Assembly (NCBI GenBank): GCA_041749075.1
Contig: JBGTBY010000035.1
Coordinates: 278,104-342,103 of the forward strand
From: Balneolales bacterium
GTDB lineage: Bacteria; Bacteroidota; Rhodothermia; Balneolales; HLUCCA01
Direction of reading: 5' to 3'
Length of the DNA stretch: 64,000 nucleotides
The position numbers were made by a program, and so were the translations under genes. Below, in pieces: positions 55,017-64,000 of this stretch (its first letter is position 1; each line of letters starts with the position of its first letter). Below the pieces are notes generated by a model. The model had not been told where the DNA came from, did not search any database, and saw only the letters and a list, made by a program, of their open reading frames with translations.

Positions 55017-56126
55017 TAGATCGGCGCGGTTGTATTCGAAGACGTAATCTTTACGCCCGAATTTCTTCAAGGTGCGGTAGTGTGAGCGGATCGCCTGAAA
55101 CAGCGTTTCGTGATTGTTATACACGATTCCGTGCTTCTTGGCCACGTCTTCCACAATCGGACTGATGTTTTCATAATGGATGCTGCACACCCGCGGAAAC
55201 AGGTGATGCTCGATCTGATAATTCAGCCCGCCGATGTACCAGTTTAGAAATTTGTTGCTCCGCGCGAAATTGTTCGTCGTTTCCATCTGATGCACGAACC
55301 ATGCGTTTTCGATGAATCCTTTCTCATTCTGAGTGGGGTGATCGGTTTCTTCCACCACATGCGCGAGTTGGAAGATGACTCCGAGAATGAGGCCGGCCGT
55401 CATATGCACGGTCAGAAAGCCGATCACGAATTGCAAGACCGTTATATCCAAAAACAACAAGGGCAAAACAATCTGATAGGAATAGGTGATGACTTTCGAC
55501 ACAAACAAAAATGCCCATTCTTTTGCGGGATGTTGCTTGTTCTCATACGGACCCAGTTCGCGAGAGAAGAAATACTTGTAATCTTTGATGAACAACCAAA
55601 ACAGCGTTGCGAAGCTATATGCGAAAAAGGCCAATACGTGCTGGAAGCGGTGCGCCCAGTGATAGGGCATGCTTGGACTCAAGCGGATGAATTCGGCCAC
55701 TTCCAAATCCTCATCCTGACCATGGATGTTCGTGTACGTGTGATGGATGATGTTATGCGTGATTTTCCAGATATACCCGTTCGCGCCCAACACATCAAAA
55801 CTATACCCAAGCCATTGGTTGACTCTCGGATTCTCTGAATAGGCACCATGTAGCGCATCGTGAGCGATGGAAAAGCCGATACCCGCCATGGCGACACCCA
55901 TCAGCACGCACAATCCCCACATCGCCCATAATGGAAGCAGACCGGTCAGAATGATGAGATACGAGCCGAAGTAGACTCCGAAAATGACAAAGGTTTTCAT
56001 AATCATGCTGGTGTTGGCATGTTGGGAAATCCCATGTTGTATGAAATACTCTTTGACCCGGGATTTGACTTCTTTTGCGAAATCCGGATTCAACTGATTC
56101 TGAAACGTGACTGCACGATTTGCCAT
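54987..56126 (-). CDS. Membrane fatty-acid desaturase, front-end (Delta6-like) type
   Basis: 379 aa. His boxes HDALHG, HNIIHH and QIEHHLFP (the Q in box 3 is typical of front-end desaturases). No fused cytochrome b5. Confidence 0.85.
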   Translation of the reverse strand: MANRAVTFQNQLNPDFAKEVKSRVKEYFIQHGISQHANTSMIMKTFVIFGVYFGSYLIILTGLLPLWAMWGLCVLMGVAMAGIGFSIAHDALHGAYSENPRVNQWLGYSFDVLGANGYIWKITHNIIHHTYTNIHGQDEDLEVAEFIRLSPSMPYHWAHRFQHVLAFFAYSFATLFWLFIKDYKYFFSRELGPYENKQHPAKEWAFLFVSKVITYSYQIVLPLLFLDITVLQFVIGFLTVHMTAGLILGVIFQLAHVVEETDHPTQNEKGFIENAWFVHQMETTNNFARSNKFLNWYIGGLNYQIEHHLFPRVCSIHYENISPIVEDVAKKHGIVYNNHETLFQAIRSHYRTLKKFGRKDYVFEYNRADLSGESRKSVA

Positions 56127-56177
56127 ACGACGAGTGATCCTCTACCTTATTTCTAACTACATAAAAATAAGCATGTT

Positions 56178-57290
56178 TTAAACCGAAAGGGCACGCGGAA
56201 TCGTAAAATAAAAGACCGATCCCTTCCCTACTTCCGATTCGGCCCAGATGGATCCTTGATGGCTCTGCACATATGTTCGACACAAATTCACTCCAACACC
56301 CGATCCACGTTCACCGGCGGTACCGGGCTCCGATTCAAAGGCCGTCACCCAAAGACGATCGAGCTTTTCTTGAGTCATCCCGATTCCCTCATCTTTCACA
56401 CCGAAACGCACATGATCGCCTTCATACACGACGCTCACATGGATGGTTCCACCTGAATTGGAAAATTTGATGGCGTTGTTGATCAGATTCCGAAGAATGG
56501 TTTCAATCATGTTTTTGTCCGCCACGAATGAAAGTTCATTCGGGCAATCCAAACTCAGGGTCAACGATTTCTGCTTCGCCGGATTGGCGAACATGTTGCA
56601 CACACCTTCCACAATCGGGAATGCCATCATGGGCAGCAACACCATTCGAACATCTTTGGACTGGCTTTTCAGCCAAGCCAAGAGGTCTTCCATCAGATTG
56701 TAGGTCTGCGTTGTGCTGGTCGAAATCATGCTGATGAACTCTCTCAATTCTTCTGGGGTGATCAGATCGAAATCCGATTCCATGATCTGCAACAAACCCA
56801 TGTTCCCTCCGATCATGTTTCGAAGATCGTGCGACAAGACCGAAAGTAGTTTCGTCTTCTCGTTGTTCAGATAATCGAGTTGTTCATTCTTGTCTGCAAT
56901 CATCCGGCGTTGGATGTCCAATTTCACATGGGTGCTGATGCGTTGCAACAATTCCTGCCGCACGAACGGCTTCAACACATAATCGACCCCACCCGCTTCA
57001 AAACCTTGAACCACATCTTTCGTTTCGTTTTTTGCAGTGAGAAAAATGATGGGGATGTCGGCCATGGCCGGATCCGCCTTCAGAATGGCGGCCGCTTCGA
57101 AACCCGACATTTCCGGCATCATCACATCCATCAAAATCAGATTGGGTCGGTTCGCTTTCGCGGCTTTGATGGCTTTTGCGCCGCTATCTGCGATCACCAG
57201 CTTGTATTCTCCTTTGAGAACCGCCGCGACCAACTGTAAATTTTTGGGTTGGTCATCTACGACCAATACGAGAGGTTTATCTGAGCTCAT
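56178..57290 (-). CDS. Receiver-histidine kinase hybrid (REC-HisKA-HATPase)
   Basis: 370 aa. REC domain (VLVVDDQP, LILMDVMMPEMSG, KPF), H-box LSVLSHDLRNMIGG, N-box NLINNAIKFS, G-box GSGVGV. Confidence 0.85.
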   Translation of the reverse strand: MSSDKPLVLVVDDQPKNLQLVAAVLKGEYKLVIADSGAKAIKAAKANRPNLILMDVMMPEMSGFEAAAILKADPAMADIPIIFLTAKNETKDVVQGFEAGGVDYVLKPFVRQELLQRISTHVKLDIQRRMIADKNEQLDYLNNEKTKLLSVLSHDLRNMIGGNMGLLQIMESDFDLITPEELREFISMISTSTTQTYNLMEDLLAWLKSQSKDVRMVLLPMMAFPIVEGVCNMFANPAKQKSLTLSLDCPNELSFVADKNMIETILRNLINNAIKFSNSGGTIHVSVVYEGDHVRFGVKDEGIGMTQEKLDRLWVTAFESEPGTAGERGSGVGVNLCRTYVQSHQGSIWAESEVGKGSVFYFTIPRALSV

Positions 57291-60200
57291 GATCCCAATT
57301 GGCTGAAGGAACGAAGCAAGGATGGAAGCGCATCGAAATCGAACGCCTCATTTGCAGCATTCAGTTTTTTCAAATAGTCATGCAATTCGGGAATATCATG
57401 ACCCCGTGTGGCCAAATCCAATTCGGTGATGATCAAATCGATTTCATCCATCACCGGAATTTCAGATAATAGACGCATTCTAGGACCATAAACCGACTTT
57501 AGTTCCTCTAGAAAGGCATGGTGAGCCGGATCGGTTTTCGCTTTTCCCTTAACCGATTCGGATTTGCTGCTCGTTCCACCTACAATGGGAAGAATCTTCG
57601 CCAAGGTCTCGAATAGGAAGGATTTCCGAAGCGGCTTGAGCAGAAACCCGTCGAACAGATGTTCGGTGGCTTCCATCTCATGATTGAGCATCGAAGCAGT
57701 GAACGCCAAAACAGGAATCTTGCTCACTTCCGGATCCTCACGCAGCATCCTTGTGGCTTCGGTGCCATTGAGACGTGGCATACGGATATCCATCAGAACC
57801 ACATCCGGCTTCTTCTCTTTAACGATGCGGATCGCCTCATCGCCATCATCGGCTTTCAGAATGTTGATCGGTTGTCCTTTTAGATAAGATACGATCAGTT
57901 GGATGTTGATTTCGATGTCGTCGGCAACCAGGATCGTAGCAGGTTCGAACTCGATGGCATTGAAATTCAAATGACGGGCATCGTCATCCACTTCCAATTC
58001 ACGCACCGGAACCTGCTTGAGTTCGATGGAAAACGTGCTCCCTTTGCCTAGCTCACTCGTAATCGAGATTTGACCGTTCATCAAGTGCGCCAATTTTTGG
58101 GAGATCGACAACCCGAGTCCGGTTCCACCGAATTTCCGGTTTTCCCCATTGCTGGCTTGGCTGAACGAATCGAATATCGTGCCTTGGTCGAATTTGGAGA
58201 CACCGATTCCGGTATCGATCACCTTGATGGTAAGGTCGAACAACTGCTCTTCCTGGTCGCTGAGAATACCTGAAACCTCGATCGCGATTCGTCCGCGTTG
58301 GGTGAATTTGACCGCATTGCCGACCAAATTCAGCACGATTTGGCGAAACCGTAGCTCATCCAATAAGAACGTGGTCGGAAATTGGGCTGGGATGACAACC
58401 TCAAAACCCAATTCCTTCTTTTCCAACTCGTGTTTGAACAGGGATCCGATCGCTTCAATAATATTGCGAAGTCGGACCGGAGTCGGTTCCAGACTCAATC
58501 GACCTGCTTCAATCTTTGAAAGATCCAGCAGATCGTTGATCAGATGCAATAATGAGCGACCGCTATGGAGAATCGTTTCGAGATGGTTTTTCGACGTATC
58601 GTCCATATCCGATTCCAACAGAATTTCACTGAAACCCAAAATGGCATTCATTGGTGTGCGGATCTCGTGACTCATATTTGCCAGAAACTCACTCTTAGCC
58701 CGGTTCGCCTCCTCGGCGCGCTGACGTGCATCCATCAGCTCATAGGCATAGGAACGACGTTTTAGGCTACCAGCGATGATGTCGGCAGTCACTTTGAGCA
58801 AGGAGATGACCTGCGGTTCCCAGACTTTCGTGCTACTTACCGAATCGAATCCTAGGAAGCCAACCAGCTCGGTGCCGAACCGCATCGGAACGGCAACCAA
58901 CGATTGAATACTCTGATTTTCAAGCAATTCGCGCTCGCTAGCATACTCATCCGGAATCGCACTCACGAGTGGAATATGGACCGGTTCGTTGAACCTGAAC
59001 GCCTCCTTCCATCGACTGATGATCGAGAACGGAATGTTTTTGAGATTATCGATCTCTGGATTTATGCTCTGCTCACACCATTCATGCGTGTTCGTGATTT
59101 CATCCTTGAGTGGATCGATCTCAAAAATATAGACCCGGTCTACCAACATAGACGTTCCAAGCTTCTCCAGAGCTTCCGACACACGTTCTTCCACATCTTC
59201 CACACGGCAGCCGATCAATCGTCCCGAAATATCGACCACCAGATTGTACATGGAGTTCAGATAATTCGTCTGTTTGATGAGGCGGGTGCGCTCGGTGACG
59301 TCACGGCCTTCGGCCACAATGAACTCAACCTCATTCTGATCATTCAACACCGGATTCAGAGTGAAATCGATATTGATTTCGCGTCCATTACCCGAAATCA
59401 TGGTTTCCAGCCTCACAAAATTGCCGGATTGCGCTTTCTTGACGGCATCTTTAATCTGCCGACGAACAGACATATTGGTGCCCCAGTAACCTGCTTTCCA
59501 TATCGGACGCCCCAAGAATTCATTCTTTTCCAGATTGCCAAATCGCAACGCCGTATTGTTGATATCCATCATATTACCGTCCAGGTCGAGTATCGCTGCC
59601 ATCTGGAACGAGGAATTGAATGTGGCTCGGAATTTTCGCTCACGTTCGCCCAAGACTTTCTCGTTGAGAATCCTCTCGTTCACATTTCTGAGGATTCCTT
59701 CAATTCCGTTCATCTTTCCGTCCTCGTCGAAGATGATGGACGCATTTACGGAGGTGTAGACTTCTTTTCCGTCTTCGGTTTTCAGTCGAATTTCGAAATC
59801 ATTCACGCGTCCTTCTTTCAGCAATTGACGGTTCAGCTTGCGGTAATCCTGATCATGGTAGTAGAAATTGGAGACCGGTTTACCGATGATCACCTCCCTC
59901 GGATACCCCGAATGGGCATATATGGATGGAGTGATCTCCTTTACAATTCCGTGTACATCCGACAGGAAATACACATCCTGAATGTTGTCGAAAATGGACC
60001 GATATCGTGATTCGCTCTCGATCAGGGCGATTTCGGTATTCTTACGGGCATTGATATCCTGAAACGACCCATACATGTATTCGGTTCGACCTTTCTTGAA
60101 TACCGAACGGCCAGAAGCAGCCACCCAAACCGGTTCGGAATTGCCACGCAGAATTTGGAGATCGAAATCATAGGGTACACCTGTTTTGAGACATCGTAAA

Positions 60201-60793
60201 AAGGCGTCTCTCAACATCTCGCGTTGATCCGGATGGATGTGATCCAGGTTCTGATATGGATCGGGCTTGACGGATTTATCCACTCCGAAAATCTCATAGG
60301 TCACACTGGTCCAAGTCAACCGATCCGTAGCCGGATCATAAATCCATCCACCCACATGGTTGATAAATCCGATCTCCTCCAACAGGTAGAGCGCTCGGTC
60401 GTGATCCAGGTTGAGCAAGTGCAAGGTCGTGACATCCACACCGACGCACTGAATGGCTTCCGGTTTCCCATCTGAATCGACGAGTGCGAAAAAATCCCAA
60501 TCCGTCCACTGGTATCCATTGGGTCCATCGGGTTTGCGAAGCAAGACACGGTACACTCGACCTGGATTCTCCAGACACTTGGTCACCGTTTCGATGCAAG
60601 CGGCATGGTCTTCCTCCACGATGGTATCTAGCCCACTCCGACCGATTTTGGCTTTGTCATCGTATCCGAACCTCTTCGTAAAGTGTTCATTGGTGAAGGT
60701 GACCCTACCTTCGAGATCGGTTCGACACAGGTATTTCGACTCTAATTGAAGGAGTGCCGGGTACTTTTCATCAGCATTAAAGGGAGTCGTCAT
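57287..60793 (-). CDS. Multi-PAS/GAF hybrid sensor histidine kinase with a C-terminal receiver and helical tail
   Basis: 1168 aa. Several PAS-like modules, a GAF-like segment, H-box MSHEIRTPMNAILG, G-box GTGLGLSIS, REC domain (ILVADDIE, VVLMDIRMPRLNG, LLKPL), and about 110 aa of helical C-terminus. Confidence 0.85.
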   Translation of the reverse strand: MTTPFNADEKYPALLQLESKYLCRTDLEGRVTFTNEHFTKRFGYDDKAKIGRSGLDTIVEEDHAACIETVTKCLENPGRVYRVLLRKPDGPNGYQWTDWDFFALVDSDGKPEAIQCVGVDVTTLHLLNLDHDRALYLLEEIGFINHVGGWIYDPATDRLTWTSVTYEIFGVDKSVKPDPYQNLDHIHPDQREMLRDAFLRCLKTGVPYDFDLQILRGNSEPVWVAASGRSVFKKGRTEYMYGSFQDINARKNTEIALIESESRYRSIFDNIQDVYFLSDVHGIVKEITPSIYAHSGYPREVIIGKPVSNFYYHDQDYRKLNRQLLKEGRVNDFEIRLKTEDGKEVYTSVNASIIFDEDGKMNGIEGILRNVNERILNEKVLGERERKFRATFNSSFQMAAILDLDGNMMDINNTALRFGNLEKNEFLGRPIWKAGYWGTNMSVRRQIKDAVKKAQSGNFVRLETMISGNGREINIDFTLNPVLNDQNEVEFIVAEGRDVTERTRLIKQTNYLNSMYNLVVDISGRLIGCRVEDVEERVSEALEKLGTSMLVDRVYIFEIDPLKDEITNTHEWCEQSINPEIDNLKNIPFSIISRWKEAFRFNEPVHIPLVSAIPDEYASERELLENQSIQSLVAVPMRFGTELVGFLGFDSVSSTKVWEPQVISLLKVTADIIAGSLKRRSYAYELMDARQRAEEANRAKSEFLANMSHEIRTPMNAILGFSEILLESDMDDTSKNHLETILHSGRSLLHLINDLLDLSKIEAGRLSLEPTPVRLRNIIEAIGSLFKHELEKKELGFEVVIPAQFPTTFLLDELRFRQIVLNLVGNAVKFTQRGRIAIEVSGILSDQEEQLFDLTIKVIDTGIGVSKFDQGTIFDSFSQASNGENRKFGGTGLGLSISQKLAHLMNGQISITSELGKGSTFSIELKQVPVRELEVDDDARHLNFNAIEFEPATILVADDIEINIQLIVSYLKGQPINILKADDGDEAIRIVKEKKPDVVLMDIRMPRLNGTEATRMLREDPEVSKIPVLAFTASMLNHEMEATEHLFDGFLLKPLRKSFLFETLAKILPIVGGTSSKSESVKGKAKTDPAHHAFLEELKSVYGPRMRLLSEIPVMDEIDLIITELDLATRGHDIPELHDYLKKLNAANEAFDFDALPSLLRSFSQLGS

Positions 60794-60799
60794 AGGTAA

Positions 60800-62143
60800 T
60801 TAATATTGAAAAATCGTGCCGCCTGCCATCACATTCTGTGAGACCGGATCAAACACCACGCGTTCTTGTGTGCGAAGTGCCGCTGTGACCATGATGTTGG
60901 CGATGGAATGCGTGTATCCGGCTCTCACTGGCGCGTTAGGGGTGTTTCTCGTCCGCACGCAATCCATCCAATTGAGCATATGCAGGGATGTGGCCTCATC
61001 CACTCCCGCGATGGCGGCCGTATCGACTTGCATAGATTCGGTTAATGTGGTCTCGGCAAGCAAATTCGGCCGCATGCCCATTTCATTTGCGGCCCATTCG
61101 GACAATCCGCCATTGGGTGTCACTTTGTTGGTATCCAGATTCAATTCGCCACCATTTGAAAAGTAGATTTCTTTGATGCCGCCTGCTTCGTTGTGCATGC
61201 GTGAGGTGTAAACCACCTGAAATCCGGATGTGAGATCATCCGAAGGTCCGTAATCAAAAACGGCGGTCATGGTATCAAAATTGGTTCGACCATCCTTCCA
61301 CATGTAAATACCTCCATTGGCCGTCACACTGCGAGGGTAATCCAAGCCGGAGAACCAATGCACCGTGTCGATCTGATGGGACATCCATTGACCAGGAATT
61401 CCCGACGAATAGGGCCAAAACAAGCGATATTCCACATATTTGCGCGGGTCCCAGTCCACCATCGGGCGATTCATCAGGTAGCGCGTCCAATCCACATCCG
61501 TTTGTTTGATGGAATCGACCAATGCCGGACGCCGCCATCTACCCGGTTGATTCACGTTCCAACTCATTTCCACCATCGTGATATCGCCGAATTTGCCCGA
61601 TTGGATGAACTCATGCGCGGCATGGTAATTGCGTCCGCTGCGGCGTTGCGAGCCGATCTGCACGATGATGCCCGATTTATCCACTTCGTCCATTGCGAAG
61701 CGGGCATCCTCCATCGTCTCTGCAAATGGTTTTTCCACATACGCGTCTTTCCCGGCTTGTGCGGCTTCAACGGTATGTAGCGCATGTTGGAAGTCAGCCG
61801 TGGAAATGATCACCGCATCCACATCTTTGTTGGCATAGAGAGCCTCGTTGTTGAGCCAGGTCTGTGTGTCCATACCAAATTTGTCTTTCATGAAGGCCTT
61901 GCCTTCGTCTCGTCGGCGGTTCCAGATATCGGATATACCGATGATATCGAAGTTTTTCGTCTTGGAATGATGCATCAACGCCGGAATGAGCGCATACTTC
62001 GCCCGATCCGAGAATCCGACGATGCCCACATTCACGCGGTCGTTCGCACCAAGAATACGGCCATAACTGCGCGCGCTGAATGTGGCCAGTCCGGCTGCGG
62101 CTATCGAGGATTTGATGATGAAATCGCGACGGGATGTGCTCAT
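60800..62143 (-). CDS. Gfo/Idh/MocA-family oxidoreductase with a twin-arginine signal
   Basis: 447 aa. Tat motif SRRDFIIKSSIAAAGLA and Rossmann segment VNVGIVGFSDRAK. Confidence 0.85.
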   Translation of the reverse strand: MSTSRRDFIIKSSIAAAGLATFSARSYGRILGANDRVNVGIVGFSDRAKYALIPALMHHSKTKNFDIIGISDIWNRRRDEGKAFMKDKFGMDTQTWLNNEALYANKDVDAVIISTADFQHALHTVEAAQAGKDAYVEKPFAETMEDARFAMDEVDKSGIIVQIGSQRRSGRNYHAAHEFIQSGKFGDITMVEMSWNVNQPGRWRRPALVDSIKQTDVDWTRYLMNRPMVDWDPRKYVEYRLFWPYSSGIPGQWMSHQIDTVHWFSGLDYPRSVTANGGIYMWKDGRTNFDTMTAVFDYGPSDDLTSGFQVVYTSRMHNEAGGIKEIYFSNGGELNLDTNKVTPNGGLSEWAANEMGMRPNLLAETTLTESMQVDTAAIAGVDEATSLHMLNWMDCVRTRNTPNAPVRAGYTHSIANIMVTAALRTQERVVFDPVSQNVMAGGTIFQY

Positions 62144-63489
62144 AATTCCTTGATTTTGATGGATCTGAAATCGACCCGGTCGCCGTGGTCTTGCAACAGA
62201 ATATGACCGGATTCGGAGCCGCAGAATCCGGGGTATATGCTGAATTTACTGTAATCCACAAGCGCATCCCACATCTGTGTTCCCCGCTCGAATTCCAGCA
62301 CCTTCATGCCGTTGAGCGAATGTTCGATGTGCGCGCCACGCACCACCACTCTGGCCCGATTCCATTGACCCACGCCGCTGAAGCGTTTGTTTCGCGCCGG
62401 TATCAAATCATACAACGATGCGACCGTCCGGTTCCCGTTCACGCCGAGTTTCGCATCAGGGTGACGCTGATCATCCAATATCTGAAACTCGCAACCGATC
62501 GACGACCCTTGTCCCTGGTTCAACGTCGGATCCACCACATACTTGATGCCGCTGTTCGCTCCTTCTGTGATCCGAAAATCCACGATTAACACATAATTGG
62601 AGTATTTCTTTGTGGTGATGATGTCCCCACCATGAGCCGATTCGCCTCCACCGGATGGCAGCACACTCAAAATTCCGTTTTCAATGTTCCAACCACGTTC
62701 TGGGAAACCAGAAAGTCGTGCGCCCCTCCATCCATCCGTGGTTTTTCCATCCCATAAGAGCTTCCATCCATCTTTTATTTCTTGCTCACTGAGAACATTC
62801 GGAAGAAAATTCGCTTGTTTTAGGTCGGATAGGGACGTGACATTTCCCTTCACATTTTCGGTTTGGATGCGGACCGACCGAAACGCGACCTGAATTCCGC
62901 GTTTGCTCTCATCCTGACCGATATCATGTACCTGAAGCGCGATAAATCCTCTTGGAGTTGTCGAATCCAGGATGGATGTGGCTTCCACTCCATTCACGAA
63001 TGTGCGGATGGATGTTCCGATCGCTTCCACCCTCATCACATTCCAATCGTTGTTTCGGAACGCTCGACGCGCCGCTTCGTTCTCTGCCAGCGGAACCAAC
63101 CACCCCCGCCGCGCCTCATCGTAAATGCCACCGCTCCAGGCCCGCGACGATGGATCAATTTCCATCTGATACCCGAACACCTGCCCCCCACCGCTCACCT
63201 CACTTCGGAACTGAACGCCCGAATTGAGCGCATCATGCACCTTCACCTCCACTTCCAAAATGAAATCGGAGTACGTTTCCGTGGTCGTGAGAAAACTGTT
63301 GGGCGTGTTCGGCACCGTTTCGCCGTACAACACCCCATCACGCACGAAATAGAGCGCGGTTCCTCCCTTCTGCTCCCATCCGGTGAGGTCTTTCCCATTG
63401 AACAGATCCCGCCATTGGGCGTTGGCAGGATTGGACGAAATGGCGATTATGCACGAAATCAGTACAATGATTGACGTAACCTTTAGCAT
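62140..63489 (-). CDS. Secreted tandem DUF1080 (3-keto-disaccharide hydrolase-like) protein
   Basis: 449 aa. Signal peptide and two copies of the DUF1080 pattern (WRDLFNGKDLTGWEQ... and WKLLWDGKTTDGWRG...). 4-nt overlap with the downstream oxidoreductase. Confidence 0.8.
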   Translation of the reverse strand: MLKVTSIIVLISCIIAISSNPANAQWRDLFNGKDLTGWEQKGGTALYFVRDGVLYGETVPNTPNSFLTTTETYSDFILEVEVKVHDALNSGVQFRSEVSGGGQVFGYQMEIDPSSRAWSGGIYDEARRGWLVPLAENEAARRAFRNNDWNVMRVEAIGTSIRTFVNGVEATSILDSTTPRGFIALQVHDIGQDESKRGIQVAFRSVRIQTENVKGNVTSLSDLKQANFLPNVLSEQEIKDGWKLLWDGKTTDGWRGARLSGFPERGWNIENGILSVLPSGGGESAHGGDIITTKKYSNYVLIVDFRITEGANSGIKYVVDPTLNQGQGSSIGCEFQILDDQRHPDAKLGVNGNRTVASLYDLIPARNKRFSGVGQWNRARVVVRGAHIEHSLNGMKVLEFERGTQMWDALVDYSKFSIYPGFCGSESGHILLQDHGDRVDFRSIKIKEL

Positions 63490-63513
63490 TTTCTTAATTC
63501 TATTTTGTTTGTT

Positions 63514-63688
63514 GTTAGTGGTTTGTTGTTAGTTGTGCCGGGTTCGAGGTTTCATGTTCGATGAAAGTTGGCGTTAGATATTAATCTAGTTGCCAACAAC
63601 CAACAACCAACAACCAACAACCAACAACCAACAACCAACAACCAACAACCAACAACCAACAACAAACAACAAACCACAAACCACTAAC
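63514..63688. repeat. GT-rich / CA-rich inverted repeat enclosing the heptamer array
   Basis: GTTAGTGGTTTG (63514-63525) is the exact reverse complement of CAAACCACTAAC (63677-63688). Pairing extends inward to about 63536 / 63666 (9 of the next 12). Confidence 0.7.
63593..63662. repeat. Perfect tandem heptanucleotide repeat (CCAACAA)x10
   Basis: Ten uninterrupted units counted base by base. Degenerate CA-rich units continue to 63688 and run into the stop codon (63684-63686) of the SMP-30-like gene. Confidence 0.95.
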
Positions 63689-64000
63689 GAAGTCGATAGA
63701 CTTTATCTCTGGACGTCACGAACAAATCGGTCCCAGCCGTTCCGCCCCAGGTCAGGTTCGTGATCTGCTGGTCGAAGGTCTTGCGATAGAACTCGGTTCC
63801 ATCGGCATTGAAGACGATCAGTCCGTTCGGACCCGTGGTGTACAAACGTCCGTGTTGATCCGTTTTCATGCCATCGGCTCCACCATTGCTGGTCATTTCG
63901 CCGATGACCGCGAACAAAGCCGGATTGCTCAGGTTTCCATCCGCATCCACATCAAATGTCATGATTTTTCCGGTTGCGGAATCGCACACATATAGAATGG
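63684..64000 (-). CDS. SMP-30/gluconolactonase/LRE-family protein (5'-truncated by the window edge)
   Basis: C-terminal beta-propeller blades (DGMKTDQHGRLYTTG, LFVTS). The frame stays open to position 64000, so the GTG at 63989 in the ORF track is not the real start. Confidence 0.7.
   Translation of the reverse strand, partial: ILYVCDSATGKIMTFDVDADGNLSNPALFAVIGEMTSNGGADGMKTDQHGRLYTTGPNGLIVFNADGTEFYRKTFDQQITNLTWGGTAGTDLFVTSRDKVYRLR

Noticed and set aside
63593-63662. Possible CRISPR array, suggested by the regular repeats.
   Set aside because: The units are 7 nt, contiguous, and have no spacers. No cas genes are present. This is a microsatellite, not a CRISPR array.

Overview
The window reads as a gene-dense, mostly housekeeping chromosomal segment. 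By gene content it probably comes from a Bacteroidota/Chlorobiota/Ignavibacteriota-like (FCB-group) bacterium; that placement is inference, with no database search possible. I call about 60 protein genes and 2 tRNAs: Ser-GGA on the minus strand and Asn-GTT on the plus strand. Genes sit in long co-directional arrays with many 1-, 4- or 8-nt start/stop overlaps. I found no rRNA, CRISPR array, transposase, integrase, prophage or canonical defense genes.

Recognisable content:
- Core metabolism and translation: plsC, murQ, accC, a phytoene-synthase-like gene, a LacI-type regulator coupled to purC, queD-queE plus an SDR, lysS, lolC/E-like, ald, mfd, tsaC/sua5, truA, dut, murA, msrB.
- Envelope and cytochrome biogenesis: a thioredoxin-fold pair and a System I cytochrome c maturation set, ccmC-(D)-E-F.
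- RNA turnover and proteolysis: an RNase E/G gene coupled to hslVU, an S41 peptidase and an M1 peptidase.
- A partial Bat-like (DUF58/VWA) locus.
- A signalling block: a sigma-54 activator, a lone receiver, two hybrid histidine kinases, a front-end-type desaturase, and a Gfo/Idh/MocA plus DUF1080 pair.

Most interesting observations:
1. A translationally coupled VTC-domain / DUF4956 / HlyD-adaptor triad (24967-27490) sits next to a visibly AT-richer outer-membrane-barrel plus lipoprotein pair. It could be an undescribed envelope polyphosphate (polyanion) module.
2. Long hairpin elements whose arms are built from tandem 7-8-nt units fill the 3' intergenic regions at 14.9, 27.8, 50.4 and 63.5 kb. 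They include a two-copy dispersed repeat and a perfect (CCAACAA)x10 microsatellite.
3. A near-consensus sigma-54 promoter followed by an intrinsic terminator lies just upstream of the sigma-54 activator gene. This is a candidate small RNA or attenuator.

All product calls rest on motifs read from the supplied translations. Start codons were re-chosen where the ORF track clearly over-extends. No GC values, alignments or HMM scores were computed.
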